Below, piece by piece: positions 37,801 through 47,250 of a DNA stretch of 59,478 bases. The DNA lies in the IMG/VR virus record IMGVR_UViG_3300037313_001722, positions 1 to 59,478 of that record, one strand, 5' to 3'. This DNA is from a virus (Duplodnaviria; Caudoviricetes). The notes beneath the pieces were generated by a model. That model ran no database searches, was not told the DNA's origin, and worked only from the letters and a program-made list of their open reading frames with translations. Positions within the stretch are counted from its first letter, which is position 1, and the number at the start of each line of letters is the position of its first letter. The translations under genes and the position numbers were made by a program.

Positions 37801-38546
37801 TTCCAGACGCCCCGGCCCGCCAGGAGGTCCGAGGCGCGGTTCTGCCGGACCACGTAGTCCACAGAGGAGCCGAGGATGTCCGTGGAGGATGCGATCACCG
37901 AGGACTCGGTGGGCACGTCTCCGGAACGGGTCACCACCGGGACGTCCGAGGGGCTGGAGGCCTCGTAGCCGATCGAGAGGTCCTTGACCCCGAGGCAGTA
38001 GTCGACCTGCTGCCGCAGGGTGTTGACCGGCACCTGGTTGGCCGGGATCCGGGAGAGGACGACCCGGATCCGGCTGGTGGTGACCGGCAGCACCTTGAAC
38101 CGGTACGGCACCCAGTGTCCGGCCCCGAAGTGCTGGTAGTGCGTCTTGGAACCGGAGTTGACGCCGGAGCTGATGACCAGCGGGACGGACTCCTCGATGG
38201 AGACCGAGGCGTCCATGCCGGACGCCTGCTTCATCGTCTGCCAGACGCCGTTCTCGTCCAGGTACTGGATCCAGGCCCGGTGAGGGAAGTGGGCCAGTGA
38301 GAGCTGGATCAGGTTGATCCGCTCTGTGGTGCTCAGGGAGACCTCCATGACCTCCCGGGTCCGGCTCGTATTGGGCCGTGGCGGGGTGCTCCAGAAGCTC
38401 TGGTCCTGCGTCTCGCGCTGGGCGGCCACCCGGGCCTTGTTGAGCGCCAGAGCGGCGTTCAGGGCCCACAGCGGCATGCCGTCCACGTAGAGGTTGGCCA
38501 GCAGGGGCAGGCCGGTGTCCCCGGGCATCTTCTGGACGCTAGTCAT
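34854..38546 (-). CDS. Large baseplate/minor tail structural protein
   Basis: 1230 aa, beta-rich, between baseplate and fibre genes. Confidence 0.75.
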   Translation of the reverse strand: MTSVQKMPGDTGLPLLANLYVDGMPLWALNAALALNKARVAAQRETQDQSFWSTPPRPNTSRTREVMEVSLSTTERINLIQLSLAHFPHRAWIQYLDENGVWQTMKQASGMDASVSIEESVPLVISSGVNSGSKTHYQHFGAGHWVPYRFKVLPVTTSRIRVVLSRIPANQVPVNTLRQQVDYCLGVKDLSIGYEASSPSDVPVVTRSGDVPTESSVIASSTDILGSSVDYVVRQNRASDLLAGRGVWKCAPQPLATAVVNLYVDARNSQGDPQVVDKFFLDPLHTGSTVNIYYSMDEPDPEVFPAPDTPLAFPNSRSFGATPPAPLSDGILFPTTTAFVDIDNKAVQFDPTKPFQLGMVVQPQFPSTDTGSSVIYDDGVLKIFFGPDPSGTVSTSVFQVSLGTILLSWPGLVFDFNARLRFVLSFDGQDLTIHTPLPDTGQEETRDQISEVVADDGSVYTTETLIFPDGTAHFVSITSMSGEIVPGTTRPSTLRIGGSLTVDPTQSTPANARLVSMYIKKGNPDGEGEFVQYWTDPSGFVVTPEYPQGKQTTDNAILRYDPKHQTEGLDSLNPFGFLGGPGVVYEELNWTPIGRDYQLKKGFYEFDPTKARFFNFEFSNLIAEPHETDAPVVLTAKIFAQNQQAMSSLARAAADSPNTGGYGMQANVEKAAVNRFNDQNRLTANGTQAVALNSTATYLPTEAQYVKDPQGAALMAKAAPYWNFSKQQPSPTMPRHSSSGRHYYETISVQTNMRVAYFVGLSDIVMYRVDHQIADDTDQYMELFHDANDLDYDASDSTSWSLEEGRIFTPPSVGQPLTITSKPLNSFRAIRGIQFATTQSPPKQLLTDPDFDDTSLQYWQPMGDAKITPDPYFNTDVGSLVKITRAGEPVTWSSMEEIGTWDQIEDSDPNPYLPTYDSISGKIQVGSQGGIQSFESLSVSPIGKLYAAARILAPKTLSAPVYLQLLNGDGTVLAEEPVTASAGQIVEWSVEYNIGTGAVPDGTRLWTDVEALATTWDGMDLIGTWNDVAAGTVDREVFDVKVQLFQQQATSDVFYVDNISVFNDSIMWEFSRDGGQTFWPVWDIRNDPNGVFLFPEGVDQQSATSGSALVWRVTGAAPDLSISALQIRPWFESVMMGMPARYSVQKGGPNLSPLDQNPDVSDDPMFKAWHHAIPQDWWYIYRQWLRQQVTPTPVPQRSFLPDTVPDGVNEGSPAAPDTSVMPSSFVYTGS
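37714..37758. promoter_or_regulatory. Intragenic array of four DnaA-box-like 9-mers
   Basis: TTATCCACA-acc-TGTGGATCG-ccc-TGTGAATTA-cgg-GCGTCCACA. Confidence 0.7.
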
Positions 38547-39915
38547 GGGAGACGATCGCCTTCCGGTCGCCGGTGTACGGATGGGCCACCAGGGAGCCGT
38601 CGGAGACCGTCCGGGACGCCAGGGCCTGCTGAGCGCTCAGGACCCCCTTGCGGGCCGTGTAGGTCACCGAGGTCTGGTCTCGGTAGACCACGGTCTGGTC
38701 GTCGGCGATCGTGCTCGGAGTGCTGTCCTGGGCGTCCAGGACGTTCGAGGTGTCCGCTGGGGCGAAGGTGTACGAGGTCACCGCCGAGATGGCCGTGTTG
38801 TACGTCCAGGTCTTGCCCTGCGCGCCGGTCCACGGCGGCCGGGGGATGATCCGGTGGACGTCGGCAGGAGTGATCCCGCCGTTGGCGGCAGTGGAGGCCG
38901 CGAGCTGGGCCGCCTGCTTGTACGAGCGCGGGTAGACCGCCGAAGTGTCGCCGACCAGGGAGGACTTCGGCAGGACCTTGGGGACGATCTCCCAGAACTC
39001 CGAGTCGGCCTTCAGGCCGGAGATGGGCGTCGGCACGTGCGGATCACCCATGCCGGTGTCGACCGTGACGATCGTTCCGGCCGGGCGGAGCTTCTGGAGG
39101 ACCCTGACGAGCGCGTTCTCCTCGCGCGGGGCGTTGTAGAAGTTCTCCTGGGCGGAGGTGTAGTCCTTCTTCGGCCGGATGACGATTTCCGACCGGGTCA
39201 GGGTGTTGGTCCGGCCGACCTGGATGGTGCCCTCGACCGCGTTCCAGGTGGAGGTCGACGGGAAGCTCTGCCAGGTCGGGTACAGGACCTGGGTCTGGTC
39301 CCAGGTGTTCGGTGTGGCGCTCAGGATCGACCCGTAGGCGTCGATGAGCTGCCAGGACTCGTAGATGTCCACCGGGGCCTGCACGATGGCCTCAGCGGCC
39401 CGTTTCAGGCCGGAGATGGTGCCGCCCATGGCGATGGCCTGCGCCAGTTCCACGATGCGTTCGCGGTAGGACGCGTCGGCCGCCTGGATCCCGTCCCACT
39501 CGTCCGGCGTCGCCACCTGGTCCATGGGGTTGATGTCCAGGACCTCGTCCTGGCTCCTCAGGGCCCCGAAGATGGCGCCGTAGAAGCGGTCCAGGTCGAA
39601 GAAGTTGGCCCCGCTCAGGGCCGCCTCCAGCCGGGTGACCAGCATGCGCTTGCGGAGCTGTCCGGCTCCGGCGTCGCCGAGGAGGACCTTCATCAGGCGG
39701 ACCAGCGTGCTGGTCTCCCTCAGGTCGTACAGCTCCTCGGGGAAGTTCCGGAGCTGCTGCATGGTCGGGGCGTCCGGCAGCAGCATGTTGGTGGCGCGCT
39801 CGACACCCGTGACCTGGGGTCCGGCGGGGTCCGACTGGAGCGGAATGATTCCCGTCGTGGGGGCCGCAGAGGTGTCGAAGAAGCTCGTCGTCTGCTGGAA
39901 GATCGGCGTAGCCAT
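38539..39915 (-). CDS. Baseplate wedge protein (P2 gpI-like position)
   Basis: Start MATPIFQQ at 39915; DLDRFYG...YRERI...GGTISGLKRAAEA; follows baseplate J. Confidence 0.7.
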   Translation of the reverse strand: MATPIFQQTTSFFDTSAAPTTGIIPLQSDPAGPQVTGVERATNMLLPDAPTMQQLRNFPEELYDLRETSTLVRLMKVLLGDAGAGQLRKRMLVTRLEAALSGANFFDLDRFYGAIFGALRSQDEVLDINPMDQVATPDEWDGIQAADASYRERIVELAQAIAMGGTISGLKRAAEAIVQAPVDIYESWQLIDAYGSILSATPNTWDQTQVLYPTWQSFPSTSTWNAVEGTIQVGRTNTLTRSEIVIRPKKDYTSAQENFYNAPREENALVRVLQKLRPAGTIVTVDTGMGDPHVPTPISGLKADSEFWEIVPKVLPKSSLVGDTSAVYPRSYKQAAQLAASTAANGGITPADVHRIIPRPPWTGAQGKTWTYNTAISAVTSYTFAPADTSNVLDAQDSTPSTIADDQTVVYRDQTSVTYTARKGVLSAQQALASRTVSDGSLVAHPYTGDRKAIVSHD

Positions 39916-41741
39916 CAGTAGCTCCCGAACGAGTTCTGGGCTTTCTGCACGAAGTTGCAGCCGCCGAACTGGGGGACCTCGGAGTCGGTGAAGCGGTGGT
40001 CCTGCGGTCGTCCGGTGGTGTCCACGTAGGAGGTCTGGACGGTCCCGGACTTGGTGAGGCGCTGGATGCCGACGGCGTAGTTGTTCGTGGTGGCGTACGT
40101 CCAGCCGGAGTAGTCCGATCCGTTCAGGAAGCGCACGTTGTCCACACCGGGGACGTTGTGGACGACCTGGAGGACGTCGGAGGCCTGGACGGTGGAGTTC
40201 AGGCCGAGGGAGTTGAGCCAGTCCGACAGCGCCGCGTTGATGGACTGGTTCACCTGCGGCGGGTACGAGATCCGCTCGTACATGATCGCGAAGGAGAACT
40301 GGAGCAGGACCGCAGTGGCCTGATGGGCCCGGACGTCGGTTCCGGCCAGCCGCCAGGAGTCCAGCTCCTTCTGGATGGAGATCGGGACCTCGTTGTAGGT
40401 GTAGCCGCCGTCCACGCCAAGGGTGAAGACGCTGTTGTTGGCCGGGAGCGTCCCTGCGTTCCACTCCAGGCCGAACAGGGACATCGGCGTCCAGCCGTTG
40501 GCGGTGTTGTCGTGCACGATCTGGTAGGCGTACGTGACGCCTCCTGAGACCGTTCCCATGGGGTTGGCGGCCGTCGCCAGGCCGTACGTTGTGGAGCCGA
40601 TGGTGACGGTCGGGGAGACGGTCAGGATCGGCCCGTACGCGAGCGGGATGAAGACGTTGGAGGCCGTCGGCTGAGTCCCGTCCGGCCGGATGAAGTTGGT
40701 CACCGGGTAGGACGAGCTGCCGAAGGTCTTGGAGTTCTGGAACACGAGGGACTGCTGGGCGGCCACGGCCCGGGTCCCGGCGGCCCAGACGTCGATCCGG
40801 TTCAGGATGCCGTTGGCCGGGTCCGACCGGGAGGCCGTCGGGGTGTACTGGTACTCCAGGTCGCAGATCGTGCCGTTCGGGATGGCCGTGGTGTTGTTGA
40901 CCGTGATGGTGGGCGGCAGGGTGGCCGTGAAGGTGTAGTCGTGCCCGTTGACGAAGACCACGCCGTTGTCGATGTCCGTGCCCAGGAAGACCGGCGTGCC
41001 GAAGACGTACTTGGCGTCGTTGACGGTCGACGTCGCCGCCCCGGAGGCGATCTGGATCTGCTCGCGGATCTGCTTGGTGGCGGTGACCACGTTGGCCGAG
41101 AAGCAGTCCGGGTCGTTCAGTGCGATGCCGAGGAACATGTCCTCGGTCCCGGCCAGGTTCCGGAAGACGGTGGCCTTCCAGCGGGTCCTCAGGGCGGTGT
41201 CGGTCTCCTGGTCGATACCGCCGGAGGTGGCCGCCGTGTTGGTCACCGTGGCCACGCCCTGGATCGGCGAGGACATGTTGGTGATCAGGTTCGGGCCGAT
41301 GTTCCCGCTCGGGCCCGCGTCCACGGCCTGGATCGGCACGGTGACCGACAGGACGCCGACGTTCATCGTGGCACCGGTGACCGTCTGGAAGATGATCCCG
41401 GTCTCGGTGGACGAGGTGATCTGGAAGTTGATCGGGATGAAGACCACGGCGTCGGTGTTGTCCGACCCCCGGGTGAAGGTGACCGTTCCGGTGGCCCGCC
41501 GGGCCGGAAGGCGGGCGATGCCGAAGAGCTGGCAGAAGGCGTCCAGGTCCGCGTCGGTCTTGGCGTCGATGTCGTAGGTGTAGGTGAGGAGCTGGTTCTC
41601 CAGATAGGCGTCGGCCAGGGTGCCCGCGAAGGCGTCCATGATCTTGCCCATGGGGGTGCCGACCGAGGTGTCCAGCTCCGGCAGCGAAGCGGCCAGGGCC
41701 GCCTTCAACTGGGAGACGATATCCGCCTGCGAGGTCGCCAC
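39915..41741 (-). CDS. Baseplate J / gp47-like protein
   Basis: LDAFCQLFGIARLPARRATGTVTF, AVDAGPSGN, GGIDQETDTALRTR, VPGVDNV. Confidence 0.9.
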   Translation of the reverse strand: MATSQADIVSQLKAALAASLPELDTSVGTPMGKIMDAFAGTLADAYLENQLLTYTYDIDAKTDADLDAFCQLFGIARLPARRATGTVTFTRGSDNTDAVVFIPINFQITSSTETGIIFQTVTGATMNVGVLSVTVPIQAVDAGPSGNIGPNLITNMSSPIQGVATVTNTAATSGGIDQETDTALRTRWKATVFRNLAGTEDMFLGIALNDPDCFSANVVTATKQIREQIQIASGAATSTVNDAKYVFGTPVFLGTDIDNGVVFVNGHDYTFTATLPPTITVNNTTAIPNGTICDLEYQYTPTASRSDPANGILNRIDVWAAGTRAVAAQQSLVFQNSKTFGSSSYPVTNFIRPDGTQPTASNVFIPLAYGPILTVSPTVTIGSTTYGLATAANPMGTVSGGVTYAYQIVHDNTANGWTPMSLFGLEWNAGTLPANNSVFTLGVDGGYTYNEVPISIQKELDSWRLAGTDVRAHQATAVLLQFSFAIMYERISYPPQVNQSINAALSDWLNSLGLNSTVQASDVLQVVHNVPGVDNVRFLNGSDYSGWTYATTNNYAVGIQRLTKSGTVQTSYVDTTGRPQDHRFTDSEVPQFGGCNFVQKAQNSFGSY

Positions 41742-41742
41742 T

Positions 41743-42168
41743 TCAGCTCACCGTCCTGCTGATCGTCATCGTCTGCCCGGCCATGGTCGTCAGGTTGATC
41801 AGCACGGTGATGGTGTCCCACTGTGCAGAGACGTCGACCGAGTTCACAGTACGAATGATCTCCGACGTGCTGATGGTGTGCTGCTGGTTGTTCAGGGACG
41901 CGGTAGTCAGCCGGGCCTGCTGGCTCGCGATGTACTGCTGGAGGATGCGGTTCACCTCGGCCTGGACGAGCATCGGCGTGTCGTCCGTGATCGGCTGTCC
42001 GATGTACTGCGGCAGCACCGAGCCCCAGCCGGGGTTGTACGGGTCATCTCCGTACCGCTCCCCGAGGGCGAGGGCAATGTCCTGGCGGATCTTTGCCGGT
42101 CCGTCCAGCGTCTTCAGCGAGCCCGAATCCATCACCAGGTCGCCATTGGACAAGGCCAACGTCTTCAC
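41743..42168 (-). CDS. Baseplate wedge gp25/GPW-like protein
   Basis: KIRQDIALALGERYGDDPYNPGWGS. Confidence 0.8.
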   Translation of the reverse strand: MKTLALSNGDLVMDSGSLKTLDGPAKIRQDIALALGERYGDDPYNPGWGSVLPQYIGQPITDDTPMLVQAEVNRILQQYIASQQARLTTASLNNQQHTISTSEIIRTVNSVDVSAQWDTITVLINLTTMAGQTMTISRTVS

Positions 42169-42180
42169 CGGCCACCTCCT

Positions 42181-42213
42181 CACCCCTTCGTCGGTGAGGA
42201 GGTCCGGCCGACA
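42181..42213 (-). promoter_or_regulatory. Late-promoter motif copy
   Basis: TGTC-N19-CGAAGGGGTG. Confidence 0.65.
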
Positions 42214-43026
42214 TCAGGGCAGCAGCGAGTACCGGCACTGCATGAGGACCCGGACCGGGGTGGTCGCTCCGAAGTCCCAGATCTTCACCGTTCCGTCGGT
42301 GCCGACGATCAGGCTTCCGGAGACACCGTCCGCCACACCGGCGGTGAAGTACTTCTGGCAGGGAGGCCTGTAGCCGGTGGAGAGGGTGAAGATGGTGGCG
42401 CCGTTGGTCACGGTGCCAGGAGGGATGACACGCCCCTCGATGCTCACGCTGTTGTCGTAGTTGAGCTTGTAACGGGGGCGTACAGCCGTCGTGTAGGCCG
42501 TCCAGCCGGACGTCAGGGTGACCTCCTGCCAGGTGTCCACGGGGACCGTGGCGGCCGTCGTGCCGTCCTGGACGACGCCCGCGCTGGCCAGGTAGGAGAT
42601 GATCTGCTGGACGACCGGGGTGATCTGAGCCTTGGATCCGGTGACGGTCGGGATCACCGGGACAGGACCCGTGGTGGTGCCGTCCTGGACCAGGCCCAGG
42701 CCCTTGAGGATCAGCACGAGCCGGAGCAGGTCGGCGTCCATGGTGTTGTAGTAGCCGGTGTAGACCGGGGCCTGGGTTTCCGTGACCTTCGTCCTCAGGG
42801 CCCAGTGACCCATGGATCGGTCCAGGATCCACTGGTCGCCCACCTGGGGCCAGACGACGTCCCCGCGCTTGTTCAGACCGACCTGGTACTGGTCTCCGGT
42901 CTGGAGGTCCTGGGCCAGGCAGATGTTCGTGTCCGGGTGGACTTCCTTGATCGTGGCGAGCACGAAGGAGAAACCCGTGCCCGACGATCCGATCCCCTGC
43001 CTCTTGGCCATCACCGACTGGTACAT
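42214..43026 (-). CDS. Baseplate spike-like protein (OB-fold-like N-terminus)
   Basis: PQVGDQW motif; follows the hub gene. Confidence 0.55.
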   Translation of the reverse strand: MYQSVMAKRQGIGSSGTGFSFVLATIKEVHPDTNICLAQDLQTGDQYQVGLNKRGDVVWPQVGDQWILDRSMGHWALRTKVTETQAPVYTGYYNTMDADLLRLVLILKGLGLVQDGTTTGPVPVIPTVTGSKAQITPVVQQIISYLASAGVVQDGTTAATVPVDTWQEVTLTSGWTAYTTAVRPRYKLNYDNSVSIEGRVIPPGTVTNGATIFTLSTGYRPPCQKYFTAGVADGVSGSLIVGTDGTVKIWDFGATTPVRVLMQCRYSLLP

Positions 43027-43029
43027 GGG

Positions 43030-45600
43030 TCAGCTCGCAATCAGGCCGCCCGCGCGGGGCAGGCCGATCAGGACGTCCGCCGCGTCGCCGGTGTCGCTCA
43101 GCCGGGCGGGCGCAGAGATGTTCGCCGAGGTCTCGAAGTAGCCGTTGTCCCCGAACTCCCAGGAGTGCGTCACGGAGTTGACGTAGCCCTGGAAGGAGAA
43201 CGCGGGGACCTGAAGGAGCATGCCGGGGTACAGCTCCGGCATGAAGGTCAGCGGGATGTCCGCGTTGTACTGGTAGGCCCACTGGCGCATGAAGTAGTAG
43301 ATCGAGGCGAAGAACTCTGCCGACGGGCCGACCAGGTTCGGGAGCTGCTGGAAGTCCGGCCGGGCCCCGAAGCGCTGGTAGATCCACTTCGAGAAGTTCT
43401 CGGCCTGAGCCGTGGTGGGGTTGATTTTAAAAAGGGCGTACATCATCGCCGGGACGTCGATGGACGCGATGCCCCGGGTGTAGCTCAGGTTCTGCGCGAC
43501 CACCAGCGGGTCCAGGGCCGCACCGACCAGAGACGTGACCTGCCCCGTGGCGAGGTTCAGTCCGTTTTGGCCCGCGCCGCCCTGCGGCGTCGTCGCGGTG
43601 AACTGGTGGGTCACGAAGAAGCTGTCGTCCCAGGTGACCGAGAAGTCTTTGACCTCGATCGGCTGGACGACCATCTTGGCCGCCGTCCCCCACAGCCCGT
43701 AGTAGTCCGGGAACCACGCGATCAGGTCCCCGTTCGGGGCCGAGCAGAAGGACCGCATGGTCGCCGAGAAGAGATTCTTCAGGTAGGGCAGAAGGGGCTG
43801 ATCGTTCATCAGCGACTTAATGCCCGTAAGGGACTGGCTCAGGATGTATTCGGGGTCGTTCTTCTGGCTGGCCACCGGCTGCCAGACGGTGTCCCCGAAG
43901 AGCTTGTCGAAGGGGTCGTTCGCGTTGTAGCCCGGAGTGTTCGAGTACGGATCGGTGTAGATCGTCTTCTCGGCCGCACCGGCACCCGGGGTGTCGGTGA
44001 CCGACCCTCCCCCGGCGTCGCCGTCGCCCATGCCGAGCTTGCCGTAGTTGATCCTCGGCACGAGGCCGCCGGAGTCCCAGTAGGACGCCGTGGTGGACTC
44101 GATGGAGGCGTTCGTGCCCGAGTGGTGGGCGCCCACAGAGTGCTTGCCGTCGCCGATGGACATCTCCACGTGGAACGGCGGGGACCCCTTGAAGAGCAGG
44201 GCTCCCGGGGTCTTCATGGCCGTGGCGACGTCGATGGACCGGCAGTACGGCTTCTGGGTCTCCGAGGTGCGCGGGAAGCCGTACAGGCCACCCAGGGTCC
44301 GCAGGACGACCGCCTGAACGAAGGACGAGCAGTCCAGTCCAGGGGGCGGGTCGGCCGACAGGATGTCTATCTGGGTCCCGCCGTACTTCTGGGTGTACGG
44401 GATGTTCGGGTACGTGGTGACGAGGTCCTTGGCGACCTGGATGAACTGGTAGTTGGTCGCGGTGCCGGTGGCCTTGGTGGACGGCTTGGACTCGGTGGAG
44501 TTCTTCGACCCGGAGCCGGTGACCGTGCTCGTGCCACCGCTCTTGGCCATGTCGTTGACCATCTGGGTGGCGGCCTTCTCGTGCTTGGCGTAGGCGTCCG
44601 GGTAGGCGGAGCGCTGGACGGCCTGGCACTGCTGGGCCTTGGTCATCTTGTCGCGGTTGTGGATGTTGAACAGGGCGGAGAAGAACTTCTTGGCCGCGTG
44701 CGTCGGGTCGGTGACCTGCTCGTAGGTTCCCCAGCCCTGGGAGGGCCTCTGCTGGAAGAGGCCTGCTGAGTCGGCGTCTCCGCCCTTGAGGTTGACGAGG
44801 CCGGACTCCTGCATGGCCGTCATGATGGCCACGATCTGGTCGCTCTGGGTGGCACCCATGGACCGGCCCGCGTTGTAGATCAGGACGCCGTTCTTCTTCT
44901 GCTCAGCGGAGTTGTAGCCGCCGTACTGCCCATTAAGGCCGGAGGTGTCGGCCTCTCCCCCGGATGTGCCGACGGTCCCGGCGCCGCCCAGAGACTGGAA
45001 GAACTGCTGGGCCAGGTCGTCCGATTCCTGTGCGCTCTTGTCGACGGCTTCGGCGATCTTGTAGGCCGTCTTGAACCAGTCGTCGGGGATCTTGGCGATG
45101 TGGACCTTGGACTCGGGCCAACCCACGACCTCCTTCAGCACGGACAGCACCACGTTGGTCATGCCGCCGTCGGAGTTCATACCCGTTCCCTGGGCCGCCG
45201 ACAGGGCGTTCATGATCATCTGCTGGGTGTAGGCCGACTCCGGGTCCCAGTACCAGTACTGGAGCCGCTTGAGGGAGCACGAGGCCGTCAGCTCCACGTC
45301 CCTGGGCCAGCCCGTCATGAGCGGGACGGAGTTCAGGTATCCGGTGAACACCCGCAGCCACGTCACGCGCTTCATGAGCACGGTGATGCGGTCGTTGGGC
45401 GTGAAGACCTGGTCGTACTTCCTGCGCTGGTTGGTCAGCGTGAGCTGGAGGTCGGACACGCCGTCGACCCGGCGGGTGAGCCGTCCCCGGACAATGTCGT
45501 CGGAGACGTCCAGCGTCTGCGGCCGGACGTTCTTGTTCAGGATGTTGCCGCCGGTCTCCACGTAGACCTTGATCTGCGGCGCGTAGATGAACGATGGCAT
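43030..45600 (-). CDS. Baseplate hub with inserted lysozyme-like and NlpC/P60 peptidoglycan hydrolase domains
   Basis: AMQESGL...DSAGLFQQRPSQGWG; GLDCSSFV...PGALLF...HVEM. Confidence 0.85.
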   Translation of the reverse strand: MPSFIYAPQIKVYVETGGNILNKNVRPQTLDVSDDIVRGRLTRRVDGVSDLQLTLTNQRRKYDQVFTPNDRITVLMKRVTWLRVFTGYLNSVPLMTGWPRDVELTASCSLKRLQYWYWDPESAYTQQMIMNALSAAQGTGMNSDGGMTNVVLSVLKEVVGWPESKVHIAKIPDDWFKTAYKIAEAVDKSAQESDDLAQQFFQSLGGAGTVGTSGGEADTSGLNGQYGGYNSAEQKKNGVLIYNAGRSMGATQSDQIVAIMTAMQESGLVNLKGGDADSAGLFQQRPSQGWGTYEQVTDPTHAAKKFFSALFNIHNRDKMTKAQQCQAVQRSAYPDAYAKHEKAATQMVNDMAKSGGTSTVTGSGSKNSTESKPSTKATGTATNYQFIQVAKDLVTTYPNIPYTQKYGGTQIDILSADPPPGLDCSSFVQAVVLRTLGGLYGFPRTSETQKPYCRSIDVATAMKTPGALLFKGSPPFHVEMSIGDGKHSVGAHHSGTNASIESTTASYWDSGGLVPRINYGKLGMGDGDAGGGSVTDTPGAGAAEKTIYTDPYSNTPGYNANDPFDKLFGDTVWQPVASQKNDPEYILSQSLTGIKSLMNDQPLLPYLKNLFSATMRSFCSAPNGDLIAWFPDYYGLWGTAAKMVVQPIEVKDFSVTWDDSFFVTHQFTATTPQGGAGQNGLNLATGQVTSLVGAALDPLVVAQNLSYTRGIASIDVPAMMYALFKINPTTAQAENFSKWIYQRFGARPDFQQLPNLVGPSAEFFASIYYFMRQWAYQYNADIPLTFMPELYPGMLLQVPAFSFQGYVNSVTHSWEFGDNGYFETSANISAPARLSDTGDAADVLIGLPRAGGLIAS

Positions 45601-46316
45601 CAGTGACCTATCGGGCCGGGCGGAAGGGTCTGGGTGGGGCCCTTACCGGGCTGATACGGCACGCCACCCCAGGAGGGGTCGCCTCCGGCGTCGGAGCCGC
45701 CCTGGGTACCGCCGTTGATGATGTCCTGGATGTCCTGGATCGTCGTGACCTTGTCGTAGCTCCCCTCGGCCGGGACCTGCGAGCCGGAGAGCTGGATGCC
45801 GGAGGGGTAGAAGTACGCGATCTGAGGAGACCGGTCCAGGGCCCCGGCCGGGTAGATGAAGTACGAGATCCAGTTGTAGGTGCCCGGGGTGTCCCCGAGC
45901 GACTGGTCCACATGGGTCTCGAAGATGACCCGGGGCGTCCAGACCATCGAGCCGACGTGGTCTCCCCACTCGATCCCGGCGACCGGCACGCCGTACCGTT
46001 CGAAGCTCCGGGCCGAGCAGGTGACGCGCATGGTCGGGAACTTGCTGACGCTCAGACCCGGATCCTGGACGCGCTTGACGTAGTCCACGAGATAGTTCGA
46101 GAACTGCACACGCTCCTGGTAGCCCTTGATGACCGGAACCAGCGAGAAGGGCACCGAGGACACCTGGTGCGGGTAGTAGGCCCGCCGGGTCCGCGCCTGG
46201 GACTCGTCGGCGACCATCCGGGAGCCGTGGGCGATCTCCTGCACCCGCAGGGAGAAGGTGTACCTCTTCCCGTTGTAGCTGTACGACAGCGTGGTGTTCA
46301 GTCCAGACCTGGCCAC
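45600..46316 (-). CDS. Minor tail/baseplate protein
   Basis: Synteny between tape measure and hub. Confidence 0.65.
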   Translation of the reverse strand: MARSGLNTTLSYSYNGKRYTFSLRVQEIAHGSRMVADESQARTRRAYYPHQVSSVPFSLVPVIKGYQERVQFSNYLVDYVKRVQDPGLSVSKFPTMRVTCSARSFERYGVPVAGIEWGDHVGSMVWTPRVIFETHVDQSLGDTPGTYNWISYFIYPAGALDRSPQIAYFYPSGIQLSGSQVPAEGSYDKVTTIQDIQDIINGGTQGGSDAGGDPSWGGVPYQPGKGPTQTLPPGPIGH

Positions 46317-46317
46317 G

Positions 46318-46536
46318 TCACAGCCCCTCGTCGTAGCGGATGACCTGCTGCTGCGGGTCCTCCGGGGCGAACGTGGGGGTCGAGATGCGCGCGAAGTCGG
46401 CCTGGGAGAGGTCGTAGGCCAGGCCGTTGGCCGTGAAGCAGAACCCGTCCATCGGGATGATGCCGGGGTTGTCCTCGGCCAGCGGCTGAGGGAGGGACAC
46501 GGGGACGTCCGATCCCCAGTGGATGGGCTCCGTCAT
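46318..46536 (-). CDS. Small hypothetical tail-region protein
   Basis: ATGA coupling. Confidence 0.6.
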   Translation of the reverse strand: MTEPIHWGSDVPVSLPQPLAEDNPGIIPMDGFCFTANGLAYDLSQADFARISTPTFAPEDPQQQVIRYDEGL

Positions 46537-47249
46537 TGGTCCTGCCGATCAAGGGTCGTGTCCGGCGTGACATCCGGATGGCTCTTTTTAAATTCCTTCT
46601 CCCATTGGGCACTTGGGGTCGATCCGCCGTTGTAGGCCGTGAACTTCCAGCCGATGCCCTGCGAGATGCGGGCAATGTAGGCGTCCACGGCCTTCGCTCG
46701 GGCCTGGTCCAGGACGCCGTTGGACATACCGGCCTTGGTCAGCTCCGTGGACCCCTCCTGGATCGGGAAGAGGGTGAGCACGTACCGGTAGTTCGCCCGG
46801 CCGACCCGGTGGACCACTCCGGCCGTACCGTCTCCGTCGGGGTCCACGATGGACTTGATGTAGCACTGGAATCGCAGGCCCTTGGGCGAGTACACGAAGG
46901 TCGCGGGCTCCAGGAAGAAGTTGTCCCCCTTCCCGGCGGACCCCGGCGTGTTCGCCCCGGCGCTCTGGAGCTGCTGGAGGGCCTGGATCTGAAGGAAGAA
47001 CTGGGAGGCCAGCTTCCAGGAGACGCCCGGGTGCTCTCCCCCGTTCGACCCCCGGCCCATGTTGTGGGCCTCGCCGATGGACCCCTGGACCACGACGTCG
47101 GACACCGTGGTGCCGAGGACCTGGATCACCCGGCCGCCCACGGTGTTGATCACCGACGTGTGGACCTTGATGTTGTAGTCGAACGACTCGGGGTCCACTC
47201 GGAACGTGATGGAGGGACCGTTGGCGAAGCCCAGTTTGGCCAGTCCCAT
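46533..47249 (-). CDS. Tail tube initiator-like protein
   Basis: FRVDPESF...TVGGRVIQVLG; directly after tape measure. Confidence 0.6.
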   Translation of the reverse strand: MGLAKLGFANGPSITFRVDPESFDYNIKVHTSVINTVGGRVIQVLGTTVSDVVVQGSIGEAHNMGRGSNGGEHPGVSWKLASQFFLQIQALQQLQSAGANTPGSAGKGDNFFLEPATFVYSPKGLRFQCYIKSIVDPDGDGTAGVVHRVGRANYRYVLTLFPIQEGSTELTKAGMSNGVLDQARAKAVDAYIARISQGIGWKFTAYNGGSTPSAQWEKEFKKSHPDVTPDTTLDRQDQ

Positions 47250-47250
47250 G

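Noticed and set aside
40138-40146. Single TTGTCCACA DnaA box
   Set aside because: Isolated and explained by ordinary Gly-Val-Asp-Asn codons
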